From contig CAWGYD010000004.1 of the NCBI GenBank assembly GCA_963826785.1, positions 128,001 through 192,000 on the forward strand: a stretch of 64,000 nt of DNA, written 5' to 3'. The DNA comes from an uncultured delta proteobacterium (GTDB lineage: Bacteria > Desulfobacterota > Desulfobacteria > Desulfobacterales > Desulfosalsimonadaceae). The notes under the pieces are model-generated. The model had not been told where the DNA came from, did not search any database, and saw only the letters and a list, made by a program, of their open reading frames with translations. Both the position numbers and the translations under genes were made by a program. Shown here piece by piece: positions 40,827 through 52,276 of this stretch (position 1 is the first letter of the stretch; each line of letters begins with the position of its first letter).

Positions 40827-42686
40827 TCAGCTGTTAAAGGGGATAAACAGCCGGTAGACGCCGTATTCCAGGGTGGCCTTGACCTTGGCGTCGCCTTTTT
40901 CGAACACCCGCATCATTTCCTTGTTGGCGGGGAGTACGTCCGCGGTGAAGGCCTGGATGCCGCGCTCCTTGGCCAGGCGCATGAGCATTTTATAGGTGAA
41001 GGTGGCGATTCCCAGGCCCTGGTATTCTTCATCAACGACAAAGGCCACGTCCGCGTGCGGCCGTTTGGGGTCCTTGACATACCGGGCTTCGGAGACAATG
41101 TGCCCCGCTCCTGCATCCCCCACCAATCCCACGATGGACATGACCTTGCTGTAGTCCACGTTGACATACTCCTGCATCTTGGAATGGGGCATGGTCTTTA
41201 ACGGGGTGAAATACCGATAATACACGGATTCATCCGAGAACCGGTAGAACAGCCGGCGCATCTCCTCCTCGTCGGAGGGCTTGATGGCCCGGAAGCGGAT
41301 GGTCACGTCATTCTTGAATGTGTGCTTGGTGGCGATGTCCGACGGATACAGGTGGGCACTTTCGGCCATGAAGATCTGATCTTTGTAGATCATGTTGATG
41401 GCCTTTGCCTCTTCGATGAGCTTGGCCCGGTCCTCGGGATGGGCGATTTCGACCAGCGCCTGTGCCCGCTCCCGGATGGTGCGGCCGTTTAAGTTCGCCA
41501 CACCGTATTCGGTGACCACGAAATCCACCGATTCGCGGACGTTTAACTGGTTGGGGATGTCCTCGATGGAGACCAGGATGTTGGATTCCCCCTTCAGGTT
41601 CCGGCTGGGCAGCGCGAAAATGGTGCACCCGCCTTCGGAGATTTCCGCGCCGTTGACGAAATCGATGACCTCGGCGGGATCGGTGGTGACATTGTTCTTG
41701 CCGATGTGCAGGGCGATCCGGCCGGAAAGGTCCGCTTTGCGGATGTTCACGATGGCGGTAAACCGGTGGTTTCTTCCGATGCGCATGGGGTTGAAGACCT
41801 TTTCGATTCCCTGGAATTCCACCAGCGGATTGCTGCACAGCCAGTTGATCAGCTCCTGGGTCCCCATGGCGTAGGAGGTCAGGGATTTGCCGGGGAAATG
41901 CTCCTTGATCCGGTTGGTCACCGCCCCGCTGTTGATCAGGTCCATCAGCGCGTCGGTGAAAACCGGGCTGTGCACCCCCAGATCTTTTTTGGTCATGAGG
42001 TGTTTGGCCAGGGGCTCGAACAGCGGCCCGATGGAAAACATGATGCAGCTGCCGTCTTCGATGATGGAGGCCACGTTGGCGGCCACCCGGTCAAACACGG
42101 GGTCAATGGGCCAGCGGGGAAAATAAATGGGCTTTTCCGTGGATTTGACCAGGAAGTCGAACTCGTTGATGTTCACAAAGGTGTTGCCCATGGTCACCGG
42201 GATATCGGCGTTGATCTCGCCCACCACGATGGGGGCCTGCTTCATGGCCAGCCGGGCCACATCCACGGCCACCCCGAGGCTGCAGTATCCCAGCTGGTTG
42301 GGCGGGGTGATCTGGATAAAAGCGATGTCAAAGGGGATGCGGCCGTGCGCGATCAGCTGGGTCAGGCGGGAAAAGCGGCTGGGGATCAGGTCCACCCGGC
42401 CTTCCATGATGGCTTCCTTGGCCACCCACCCGGAAAAAAAGGTCTTCAAGCGGTACTTGTTGCTCTTGAGCTCCCGGGGGGAGATGACATCCCCGAAGCT
42501 CAGCAGCTGAAAAAGCTCCAGGTCCTGAAGATTGTCCGCGTCCGAGGCCATGAGGTGTTTAACCAGGGTCCTGGGCTCTGCCGCGCCGGTTCCGATGAAG
42601 ATGCTCATTCCGGGCTCGATTTTGCTGAGCACCTTTTCCGGCGAAACCACCCGGCTTTCCCAATCCATCTGAGTTTTCTCATTCAT
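40827..42686 (-). CDS. Acetyl-CoA hydrolase/transferase fused to a C-terminal GNAT domain
   Basis: CSLGVAVD, DLGVHS, VVTEYGVA; C-terminal FVVDEEYQGLGIAT. Confidence 0.88.
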   Translation of the reverse strand: MNEKTQMDWESRVVSPEKVLSKIEPGMSIFIGTGAAEPRTLVKHLMASDADNLQDLELFQLLSFGDVISPRELKSNKYRLKTFFSGWVAKEAIMEGRVDLIPSRFSRLTQLIAHGRIPFDIAFIQITPPNQLGYCSLGVAVDVARLAMKQAPIVVGEINADIPVTMGNTFVNINEFDFLVKSTEKPIYFPRWPIDPVFDRVAANVASIIEDGSCIMFSIGPLFEPLAKHLMTKKDLGVHSPVFTDALMDLINSGAVTNRIKEHFPGKSLTSYAMGTQELINWLCSNPLVEFQGIEKVFNPMRIGRNHRFTAIVNIRKADLSGRIALHIGKNNVTTDPAEVIDFVNGAEISEGGCTIFALPSRNLKGESNILVSIEDIPNQLNVRESVDFVVTEYGVANLNGRTIRERAQALVEIAHPEDRAKLIEEAKAINMIYKDQIFMAESAHLYPSDIATKHTFKNDVTIRFRAIKPSDEEEMRRLFYRFSDESVYYRYFTPLKTMPHSKMQEYVNVDYSKVMSIVGLVGDAGAGHIVSEARYVKDPKRPHADVAFVVDEEYQGLGIATFTYKMLMRLAKERGIQAFTADVLPANKEMMRVFEKGDAKVKATLEYGVYRLFIPFNS

Positions 42687-42848
42687 GATGTCAATTCCCG
42701 ATGATCTGTTAACCAGCCCATACGTCAAGAGGCCGGCGCCGGCTGTTGTCCTGCTTCCGATTTGCCGATAAAATGCTCATTTTCGGGCGCCCTTTACAAA
42801 TGCCGCCCGAATTTTATGGAACCGGGCATGCCTGCAGGCATCAAATGA

Positions 42849-42881
42849 AAATCCCCCTGCCCGTCACAGGCAAGGGGATTT
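42849..42881 (-). terminator. Putative intrinsic terminator
   Basis: AAATCCCCTTGCC/GGCAGGGGGATTT stem downstream of the acyl-CoA synthetase stop. Confidence 0.5.
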
Positions 42882-42909
42882 GGTTGAACGGGGCATGCCT
42901 GGCGGGCAA

Positions 42910-44706
42910 TCAGTTCTTTGGGTACATGGAGTCGATCTTGTCCTTGTAGGCTTCCAGCGCCACATTTTTTTTCACCTTGAGCGTCGGGGTCAGCATTTTG
43001 TTCTCAATGGTGAATTCCGGGACGATGGTGACCTTCTTGATGGTCTCGAATTTGGCGAATTTTTTATTCTTTGCCGCCACTTCCGAGTCGATCAGCTTCT
43101 GGATCTCGTCATTGATCATGAGATCTTCCAGGCTGTTGAAGGAGATCCCTTTTTCCCGGGCATATTCGGGCACGTTGTCCGGATCCAGGGTGACCAGGGC
43201 GGAAAGGAACTTGCGCTTGTCCCCGATGACCAGGACCTGGTTGATGTACTTGGAGGTGGCGATGTGCCCTTCGATGGCCGACGGGGCGATGTTCTTGCCG
43301 CCTGCGGTGATGATGAGGTCCTTTTTCCGACCGGTGATCCGCAGGAAATTCTCGGAATCGATCTCGCCCAGGTCGCCGGTCCGCAGCCACCCGTCCGGCG
43401 TCATGGTTTTGGTGGTTTCTTCGGGCATCTTGTAATATTCCCGCATGACGTTGCGGCCACGGAACAGGATCTCGCCATCCTCGTCCAGCTTCTGCTCGAT
43501 CCCCGGGCCGGGAGGGCCGACCCAGCCGACGCGGTAGTTGTCGACCCGGTTGACGTTGGTGAAGGAGGTGTTTTCCGTCATGCCGAGGCCTTCTAAGACG
43601 ATGACGTCCGCGCCGATGAAGAACTTCGCGATGGACGGGTCCAGGGGCGCCGCACCGCTGATGCAGAAGCGCAGGCGTCCGCCCAGGGCCGCGTGCAGCT
43701 TTGAGAAGACCAGCTTGGAGGCGATCTTGTGCTTGAAGGCCAGCATGGCGGGGATCGATTCCTTGTTCAGGCGGCAGTCCGCCACCTTGTCGCCCACGTC
43801 CACGGCCCATTTGAAAATCTTCAAGGCCACGCCGCCCTTGGCTTCCGCGCCGCTGACCACCTTGGAGTACACTTTTTCGTAAATCCGCGGAACGCTGGGG
43901 AACCAGTGGGGTTTTGCGATCTTCAGGTCGTCCACGATGGTGTCCATGCTGCGGGCGAAGTTCACCGTGGCGCCCAGGAGCAGGGTGGCGTAAACCAGGG
44001 TCCGGGCGAAAATGTGCGCTAAGGGCAGAAAGAGGAAGCTTTCGTCCCCGGCCCGGACATCCGCGCATCCTTCCACCGACTGGGCGGTGAAGGTGATGTT
44101 GTCGTGGGTGATGACCGCGCCCTTGGGCACGCCGGTCGTTCCGGAAGTGTAGACGATGGTGGCGATGTCCTCCGGGGTGACCGTCTTGATCCGCTGCTGC
44201 AGATCTTTTTCCGTTATCTTTTTCCCCAGCTTGAGGAATTCATCGAAGCTGATGATCCAGTCGTCGTTTTGGGATGCGCCTTCGAAGAGGATTACCTTGC
44301 GGATATTGGGAATTTCGTCTCGGATTTGCAGGAGCTTGTCCAACTGGGCCTGATCCTGTGCAAAAATCACCACGGAATCGGAATGATTGATGATGTACTT
44401 GCAGTCTTCCGGCAGGTTGGACTGGTAGATGCCCACGGTGGCAGCCCCGATGGTGGCATTGGCCATATCACACAGCACCCACTTGTAGCAGGTATAGCTG
44501 AGGATGATCACCTTGTCCCCTTTTTGAACATCCAGAGCCATGAGGCTTTTTCCGACCTGCTTCAACTGGTCGTAATACTCCGCCCAGGTAACCGATTCGG
44601 AAGTCCCCTCTGAATCCAGAAACCAGCGGTATGCCGTCGTGTCCGAATGGGCATCGATGGTCTTTTTCAGCATCTGGTGGACGTTCTGGTAATCTATGAT
44701 GCGCAT
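42910..44706 (-). CDS. AMP-dependent long-chain acyl-CoA synthetase
   Basis: YTSGTTGVPKG, GMTE, RTGD, GRKKDLIITAGGKN, LTPTLK; GGAGG RBS. Confidence 0.93.
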   Translation of the reverse strand: MRIIDYQNVHQMLKKTIDAHSDTTAYRWFLDSEGTSESVTWAEYYDQLKQVGKSLMALDVQKGDKVIILSYTCYKWVLCDMANATIGAATVGIYQSNLPEDCKYIINHSDSVVIFAQDQAQLDKLLQIRDEIPNIRKVILFEGASQNDDWIISFDEFLKLGKKITEKDLQQRIKTVTPEDIATIVYTSGTTGVPKGAVITHDNITFTAQSVEGCADVRAGDESFLFLPLAHIFARTLVYATLLLGATVNFARSMDTIVDDLKIAKPHWFPSVPRIYEKVYSKVVSGAEAKGGVALKIFKWAVDVGDKVADCRLNKESIPAMLAFKHKIASKLVFSKLHAALGGRLRFCISGAAPLDPSIAKFFIGADVIVLEGLGMTENTSFTNVNRVDNYRVGWVGPPGPGIEQKLDEDGEILFRGRNVMREYYKMPEETTKTMTPDGWLRTGDLGEIDSENFLRITGRKKDLIITAGGKNIAPSAIEGHIATSKYINQVLVIGDKRKFLSALVTLDPDNVPEYAREKGISFNSLEDLMINDEIQKLIDSEVAAKNKKFAKFETIKKVTIVPEFTIENKMLTPTLKVKKNVALEAYKDKIDSMYPKN

Positions 44707-45017
44707 TGCTGCCTCCCCTCCTTTGAATGATGAGATCGGAAAATTTTTCCCGGTTGCAATTTTTTTTGGGAATCGTCCGATCCCCAAAACCTGTAAAATC
44801 GTATTTATCGAATCCGGACTGGGATATTTTTAATCGGATATCTTTAATTGGATGCAACTACATTCCAAGGTCTGGCCGCAAGCCGTGAAACGGCTCGCCG
44901 GAGCCTGTGCCAAAGCATGAGTTTAATTGACATAAGTTAGGAGAGGCGGGTGATAATGTCAAGTATTTTCGGGTTTTGTCGCAATTTGAAGGATTTGGTA
45001 ATTATTGTGAGCTGATT

Positions 45018-45872
45018 CTATTCGAAGAGAATTCCGGTGTATCCGACAAAAGTATCCCCCGGATTCTCCTCGAAACTGGAGTGGTATCCGACCAGATGCG
45101 CCTTCGCCGCCCCCATGGCGCCGGCTGCGGATATGGCGGCAGCTGCAGCGCCTGCACAGCAGGCGTTGTGACGGGACAGCCCCTCACGGATGGTTTCCGC
45201 CGGCTTCATGTCGACCATGAGGTCGATGATCCTGCGGTCATTTTCATCCCGGACCCATTCATAGGCCTTCCGGCCGGACCCGGCCGGGGTCATGCCGAAG
45301 CTGGGACCGTAGTGAGTGAGGTCGGTGGAGCCGATGACCTTGATGGCGATATTCGATTCTTTGGCGATTTCGATGACGCGCCGGGCCATCTGCAGCGTCT
45401 CATCCATGGGAGGTGCCCCTATGGGCAGAAGACGGGCCGATTTAAAGAAGTATTTAATAAAGGGAAGCTGCAGTTCGATGGTGTTGTCGGGGGTAAACCG
45501 GCTGGCGGTTTCGATGGTGAACGTATATTCTTTTGCAATTTGTCCCGATATCTCCCGGTCGATCTCGAGGTCGCCGAAGGGCGTCTCCCAGGCGCCGTCT
45601 GTCATGATATAGCCGGAGCGCTGGGGCGGCAGGTGCATGCCGAAAATAACCACCACATCCGGATCGGCACCGTCTTTCAGGGCATGGATGACATTGCAGG
45701 CCAGGCTTCCGGAAAACTGCCATCCGGCGTGGGGCACCAGCCCGGCCGCGTAGGTTTTAGACAGGTCCGGCTGAAACCGGGTGTCTTTTAGGAACCGGGT
45801 GATCTGCCGCTCGCATTCCGCCGCCCCTGAAGGATACCAGGAACCGGCATATACGGCCCTTCGGGTGTTCAT
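45018..45872 (-). CDS. amrB: AmmeMemoRadiSam protein B (MEMO1 family)
   Basis: AGSWYP, PHAGW.FSG, WETPFG, ELQLPF, STDLTHYG, VGY. Confidence 0.9.
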   Translation of the reverse strand: MNTRRAVYAGSWYPSGAAECERQITRFLKDTRFQPDLSKTYAAGLVPHAGWQFSGSLACNVIHALKDGADPDVVVIFGMHLPPQRSGYIMTDGAWETPFGDLEIDREISGQIAKEYTFTIETASRFTPDNTIELQLPFIKYFFKSARLLPIGAPPMDETLQMARRVIEIAKESNIAIKVIGSTDLTHYGPSFGMTPAGSGRKAYEWVRDENDRRIIDLMVDMKPAETIREGLSRHNACCAGAAAAAISAAGAMGAAKAHLVGYHSSFEENPGDTFVGYTGILFE

Positions 45873-46020
45873 GGTCGCCTCCCTGTTTTTATTTGTCTAT
45901 AGATCAGGTTAACCCCGGATCTGATAATTGACAATCCACAATTGACATTGGCCATTCACAATTGGGGTTAAATGGCTAATGATTGTCTATTTTGATGAGC
46001 CGGTAAAAGCATTCTACTTT

Positions 46021-46083
46021 TATTCCCCCCTGCGAGGGGGACCAAGGGGGGTGTACGGCCCTGCGAAAACAAAAAATGAAATT
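46021..46083 (+). repeat. Solo right arm of the ACACCCCCCT element family
   Basis: Near-identical to 10078-10140 and similar to 11903-11962. Confidence 0.75.
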
Positions 46084-46146
46084 CGAGTTAAGTTTTCCAG
46101 CCTGCTGCAAAGACCCACAAGGGTAACCGGTGTGTTCATCCACCAA

Positions 46147-47328
46147 CTATTTATACCGTTCCATCGCCCGCTTGAATCCGGGAAGTGCGCCGGTGATGGT
46201 GGCATCGTCCACGCAGAAGGCCAGCCGGAAGTGGCCGGGGCCGCCGAATCCGGAACCGGGCACCGCCAGGATCAGCTCATCCTGCAGGGCCCGGACGAAT
46301 TGAACATCGTCTTTGAGCGGCGTTTTGGGAAAAAGATAGAAGGCCCCTGCCGGTGTGACGAATTCGTATCCGGCTTCCCTGAGCCCGTCGCAGAGCAGGT
46401 CGCGTTTCTTTGCATATTCAGAAATATCCACACTGATCCCCTGGAGCGCGCCAACGGCCCGCTGCATCAGGGCGGGGGCATTGACAAATCCGAGTATCCG
46501 GTTGGCCAGCCCCATCCCGCCCATCAGGTCGGTCTTGTGGGTGGCCGCCGGATTGACCGCGATAAACCCGATCCGCTCCCCGGGAATGGACAGGTCCTTG
46601 GAGTAAGATGTGGCCACCAGTGTTTCCGGGTAGCAGGAGAAGATGCTCGGCACGGCGACGCCGTCATAGACGATCTTGCGGTAGGGCTCGTCGGATATCA
46701 GGTAAATGGTCGTTGACAGTTGCCTGCTCTTGCGGGTCAGCAGCGCCCCCAGCTGCTCCAGCCGCTGCTTTGAATAGATCCGGCCGGTGGGATTGTTGGG
46801 CGAGTTGATCAGCACGGCCCGGGTTTTTTCGTTGATGGCCGCTTCGATGGTTTCAAGGTCAAGATCGAAATCCGGCCGGCTGGAGACCGTGATGAGCCGG
46901 CCCCCGTGATTGTCCGCATAGAACATGTATTCCACAAAATAGGGAACCGGCGTGATGACTTCCTCCCCCGGGTTCAGCAGCGTCTTTAAGATGACATTGA
47001 GCCCGCCGGCCGCGCCGCAGGTCATGATCACCTCGTTTTCGGTCACCTCCACCTGCTGCTCGCCGGAAAGGTATCCGGCCACTGACTTTCTTACGTCCGG
47101 ATATCCGATATTGGGCATGTAGGCGTGGTCGCCGGGGTGTTCGTCATTTACCAGTTCAAGAAGTTTTAGTTTGAAGGTCTCCGGGGGGGCGATATTGGGA
47201 TTGCCCAGGGAAAAATCATAGACGTTTTCCGGGCCATGGATCGATCTCAGGCGGGCGCCTTCCTCGAACATTTTCCGGATCCAGGAGGCCCGGCTGATAA
47301 AGGATTCCATCTGTTTTGCAATCGTCAT
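46147..47328 (-). CDS. PLP-dependent class I/II (aspartate) aminotransferase
   Basis: NSPNNPTG, SDEPY, SYSKDLSIPGERIG. Confidence 0.93.
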   Translation of the reverse strand: MTIAKQMESFISRASWIRKMFEEGARLRSIHGPENVYDFSLGNPNIAPPETFKLKLLELVNDEHPGDHAYMPNIGYPDVRKSVAGYLSGEQQVEVTENEVIMTCGAAGGLNVILKTLLNPGEEVITPVPYFVEYMFYADNHGGRLITVSSRPDFDLDLETIEAAINEKTRAVLINSPNNPTGRIYSKQRLEQLGALLTRKSRQLSTTIYLISDEPYRKIVYDGVAVPSIFSCYPETLVATSYSKDLSIPGERIGFIAVNPAATHKTDLMGGMGLANRILGFVNAPALMQRAVGALQGISVDISEYAKKRDLLCDGLREAGYEFVTPAGAFYLFPKTPLKDDVQFVRALQDELILAVPGSGFGGPGHFRLAFCVDDATITGALPGFKRAMERYK

Positions 47329-47372
47329 TTCGCCTCCATGATTTGTGCGTTGGTCAACATTTCCTTTAGGTA

Positions 47373-47594
47373 CTATTTTGCGGCCTCGACAGACTTGATC
47401 TCCGGAATCTCCTGTTTGATGAGCCGCTCGATCCCGTTTTTAAGCGTCATCTGGGACATGGGGCATCCCGCGCACGCCCCCTTGAGGCGCACGGTTACGA
47501 TGCCGTCTTTCACTTCCAGCAGTTCCACATCACCGCCGTCGGCTTTCAGAGAAGGGCGAATCTTATCGATCACTTTTTGAACTTTTTCTTTCAT
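47373..47594 (-). CDS. NifU C-terminal (Nfu) domain protein
   Basis: IRPSLKADGGDVEL, GACAGCPMS. Confidence 0.93.
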   Translation of the reverse strand: MKEKVQKVIDKIRPSLKADGGDVELLEVKDGIVTVRLKGACAGCPMSQMTLKNGIERLIKQEIPEIKSVEAAK

Positions 47595-47728
47595 GGTGTC
47601 TCCTTTCGTTTTCGCGCAGAGAAGCGCCGGATGAACCCCGAATGGTTCGTAGACAAAAAATTATGTCTGGCTGCGGACGACCTTGTTAGAATATTCGCAT
47701 TCGTCCGCATTCGTCAATATCAGGCGCT

Positions 47729-49947
<2,219 letters not shown>

Positions 49948-50047
49948 GTATGGCGCAGCACGTTATCTGTAACCAAGTTCAAAGGGGCATCCGCGCATGA
50001 AGGTGAATGCGCGCAATGGATAGGTCGATATTTACGTAATCCCGGTG

Positions 50048-50233
50048 TCAAAGGTTTCCGAGATAGGTCAGCAGCAGTCCGGTGACCATCAGGGCAAAGC
50101 CGAATTTCCGAAGGGCATTATCGGGCATCTGCAGCACGATCCGCATCATTTTTTTGACCTGCTCGGGCAGGCCGAAGTAGGGCAGCCCCTCGATAATCAG
50201 GACCATTCCAAGGACGCTTAAGAAAAATTTCAT
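50048..50233 (-). CDS. DUF2065 family small membrane protein
   Basis: LGMVLIIEGLPYF..P, LRKFG. Confidence 0.85.
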   Translation of the reverse strand: MKFFLSVLGMVLIIEGLPYFGLPEQVKKMMRIVLQMPDNALRKFGFALMVTGLLLTYLGNL

Positions 50234-50340
50234 TGATCACAAGCCCCTGTTCTGTGTTAAAAGAGCCAATATATTTGCATTTAAAATATTGTCAAAATAA
50301 AATACAGCTTTTTTGCGAATAAGAAGAAGGGTGGGAAACA

Positions 50341-51771
50341 ATGGAATTTGAACCGGTCATCGGCCTTGAAGTCCACGCACAGCTGAAAACCGATACCAAG
50401 ATTTTCTGCGGATGCTCCACCGCTTTCGGGGCCGCGCCCAATACACAGGTCTGCCCCATATGCCTGGGAATGCCCGGGGTGCTGCCGGTGCTCAACAAGA
50501 AAGTGGTGGAATACGCCATGCGCATGGCGCTGGCCACCCGCTGCACCATTTCGCAGCAAAGCCGGTTTGCCCGAAAGAATTATTTCTATCCGGACCTGCC
50601 CAAGGGATACCAGATCTCCCAGTACGAACTCCCCATTGCCGAAAGCGGGTATGTGGAAATCACGCTGGCTGACGGGACCGCCAAGCACATCGGCATCACC
50701 CGGATCCATATGGAGGAAGATGCGGGCAAGCTGATCCATGATCCGGACCGGCCCCGGAGCCTGGTGGATCTAAACCGCACCGGCACGCCGCTGATCGAGA
50801 TCGTGTCCGAACCGGACCTCCGATCGCCGGAAGAAGCCGGGGCCTACCTGCGGCACCTGCGCTCCATCCTGCGGTACCTGGGCATCAGCGACGGCAACAT
50901 GGAGGAGGGCAGTTTCCGGTGCGACGCCAACGTGTCCATCCGGCCCGCCGGCTCCCAGACCCTGGGCACCCGGGCGGAGTTGAAGAATCTAAATTCTTTC
51001 AAATTCGTCGAAAGTGCCCTCGCCTATGAAATCAAGCGGCAGAAGGGAGTGCTGGCCGATGGCGGCAAGGTGGTGCAGGAAACCCGGCTGTGGGATTCGG
51101 CCAAAGGGCGGACCACTTCCATGCGGGGAAAAGAAGAAGCCCACGATTATCGCTATTTTCCCGACCCGGACCTGGTGCCCCTGGTGATCGATCCGCAATG
51201 GATTGAAAATGTCCGAGCCGATCTGCCCGAGCTTCCCGATGACCGCAAGAACCGGTTTGCGTCAGATTACGGTTTGCCGGAGTATGACGCCGATGTTCTG
51301 ACCGCCTCCCGGGAACTGGCCGATTATTTCGAGGCATGCGCCAAAATGGTCAAAACCCCCAAGACCGCGGCCAACTGGATCATGGGGGATCTGATGGGCG
51401 TGCTCAACGCCTCCGGGTTGACCATCGAAGACAGCCCCATTCCGGCGGAGCGGCTGGCGGAGCTGATTTTACTGATTGAAGCCGATACCATCAGCGGCAA
51501 GATCGCAAAGGCCGTCTTCGAGGAGATGGTCGACACCGGAAAGCCGGCCGGAAAGATCGTTTCTGAAAAAGGGCTGGTCCAGGTCACGGACATGAGCGCC
51601 ATCGAGGCGGTGGTGGACAAGGTGCTGGCCGACAACCCGGATGAGGTGGAAAATTACCGGGCCGGCAAAAAGAAGCTGATGGGCTTTTTTGTGGGGCAGG
51701 TGATGAAGGAAACTAAAGGAAAAGCCAACCCGCAGATGGTCAATCAGCTGCTGGGCAAAAAGCTGGGCTGA
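50341..51771 (+). CDS. gatB: Asp/Glu-tRNA amidotransferase subunit B
   Basis: [41 protein letters not shown]. Confidence 0.98.
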   Translation: MEFEPVIGLEVHAQLKTDTKIFCGCSTAFGAAPNTQVCPICLGMPGVLPVLNKKVVEYAMRMALATRCTISQQSRFARKNYFYPDLPKGYQISQYELPIAESGYVEITLADGTAKHIGITRIHMEEDAGKLIHDPDRPRSLVDLNRTGTPLIEIVSEPDLRSPEEAGAYLRHLRSILRYLGISDGNMEEGSFRCDANVSIRPAGSQTLGTRAELKNLNSFKFVESALAYEIKRQKGVLADGGKVVQETRLWDSAKGRTTSMRGKEEAHDYRYFPDPDLVPLVIDPQWIENVRADLPELPDDRKNRFASDYGLPEYDADVLTASRELADYFEACAKMVKTPKTAANWIMGDLMGVLNASGLTIEDSPIPAERLAELILLIEADTISGKIAKAVFEEMVDTGKPAGKIVSEKGLVQVTDMSAIEAVVDKVLADNPDEVENYRAGKKKLMGFFVGQVMKETKGKANPQMVNQLLGKKLG

Positions 51772-51898
51772 TTTTTCCGGGCAAGTCTTTGTTGTAAGTC
51801 GCCAATGATGCCCTTTATCGTGCCATCCGGTTTGCAAGACGGAGCACGTGCTCGTGAATATACACGAAATAAGGCTCGGGATTGTTTGAAAGCGAGGC

Positions 51899-52080
51899 GA
51901 CCGGCCTGTGGGCTTCTCCCGCTCACTGTTCATCATTTTGATGCTTCTAAGACTCGCTGCGCTGCATCCTGGAAACTCGCCTTCGGCTCAAACAGTCCAG
52001 GATGCGGCCGCTTTGCTTCGTCAAGAAGCATTCGCAAAATAATGAAGCAATGTTCGCCGGGAGAAACCCACAGGCCGGTC
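51899..52080. other. 182-nt nested rod-like hairpin (structured RNA or MITE-like element)
   Basis: Four nested inverted-repeat segments around the loop AACTCGCCTTCGGCTCAAACAG. Confidence 0.75.
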
Positions 52081-52233
52081 TTAGGCCGTGCAAATTCGCT
52101 GTTGCCTAAAACGCCGGCAGACCACCTGACAGCCCTGACCGGATTCCCCGGCCGCCCGGCAGGATGTGGCCAGGGGTTCTGGAAGCGAATTTTATATTTT
52201 GCGGCTCTGCTGACTGCTGACTCCTGACTGCAA

Positions 52234-52266
52234 TGCATCCGCAGGCTGAAACAGCCTGCGGATGCA
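52234..52266 (-). terminator. Perfect 15-bp hairpin downstream of the acylase gene
   Basis: TGCATCCGCAGGCTG-AAA-CAGCCTGCGGATGCA; no clear U tract. Confidence 0.55.
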
Positions 52267-52276
52267 CACATCAAAA

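Noticed and set aside
40827..42686. CoA-transferase-GNAT fusion as a novelty
   Set aside because: To my knowledge this architecture is already common in anaerobic deltaproteobacteria
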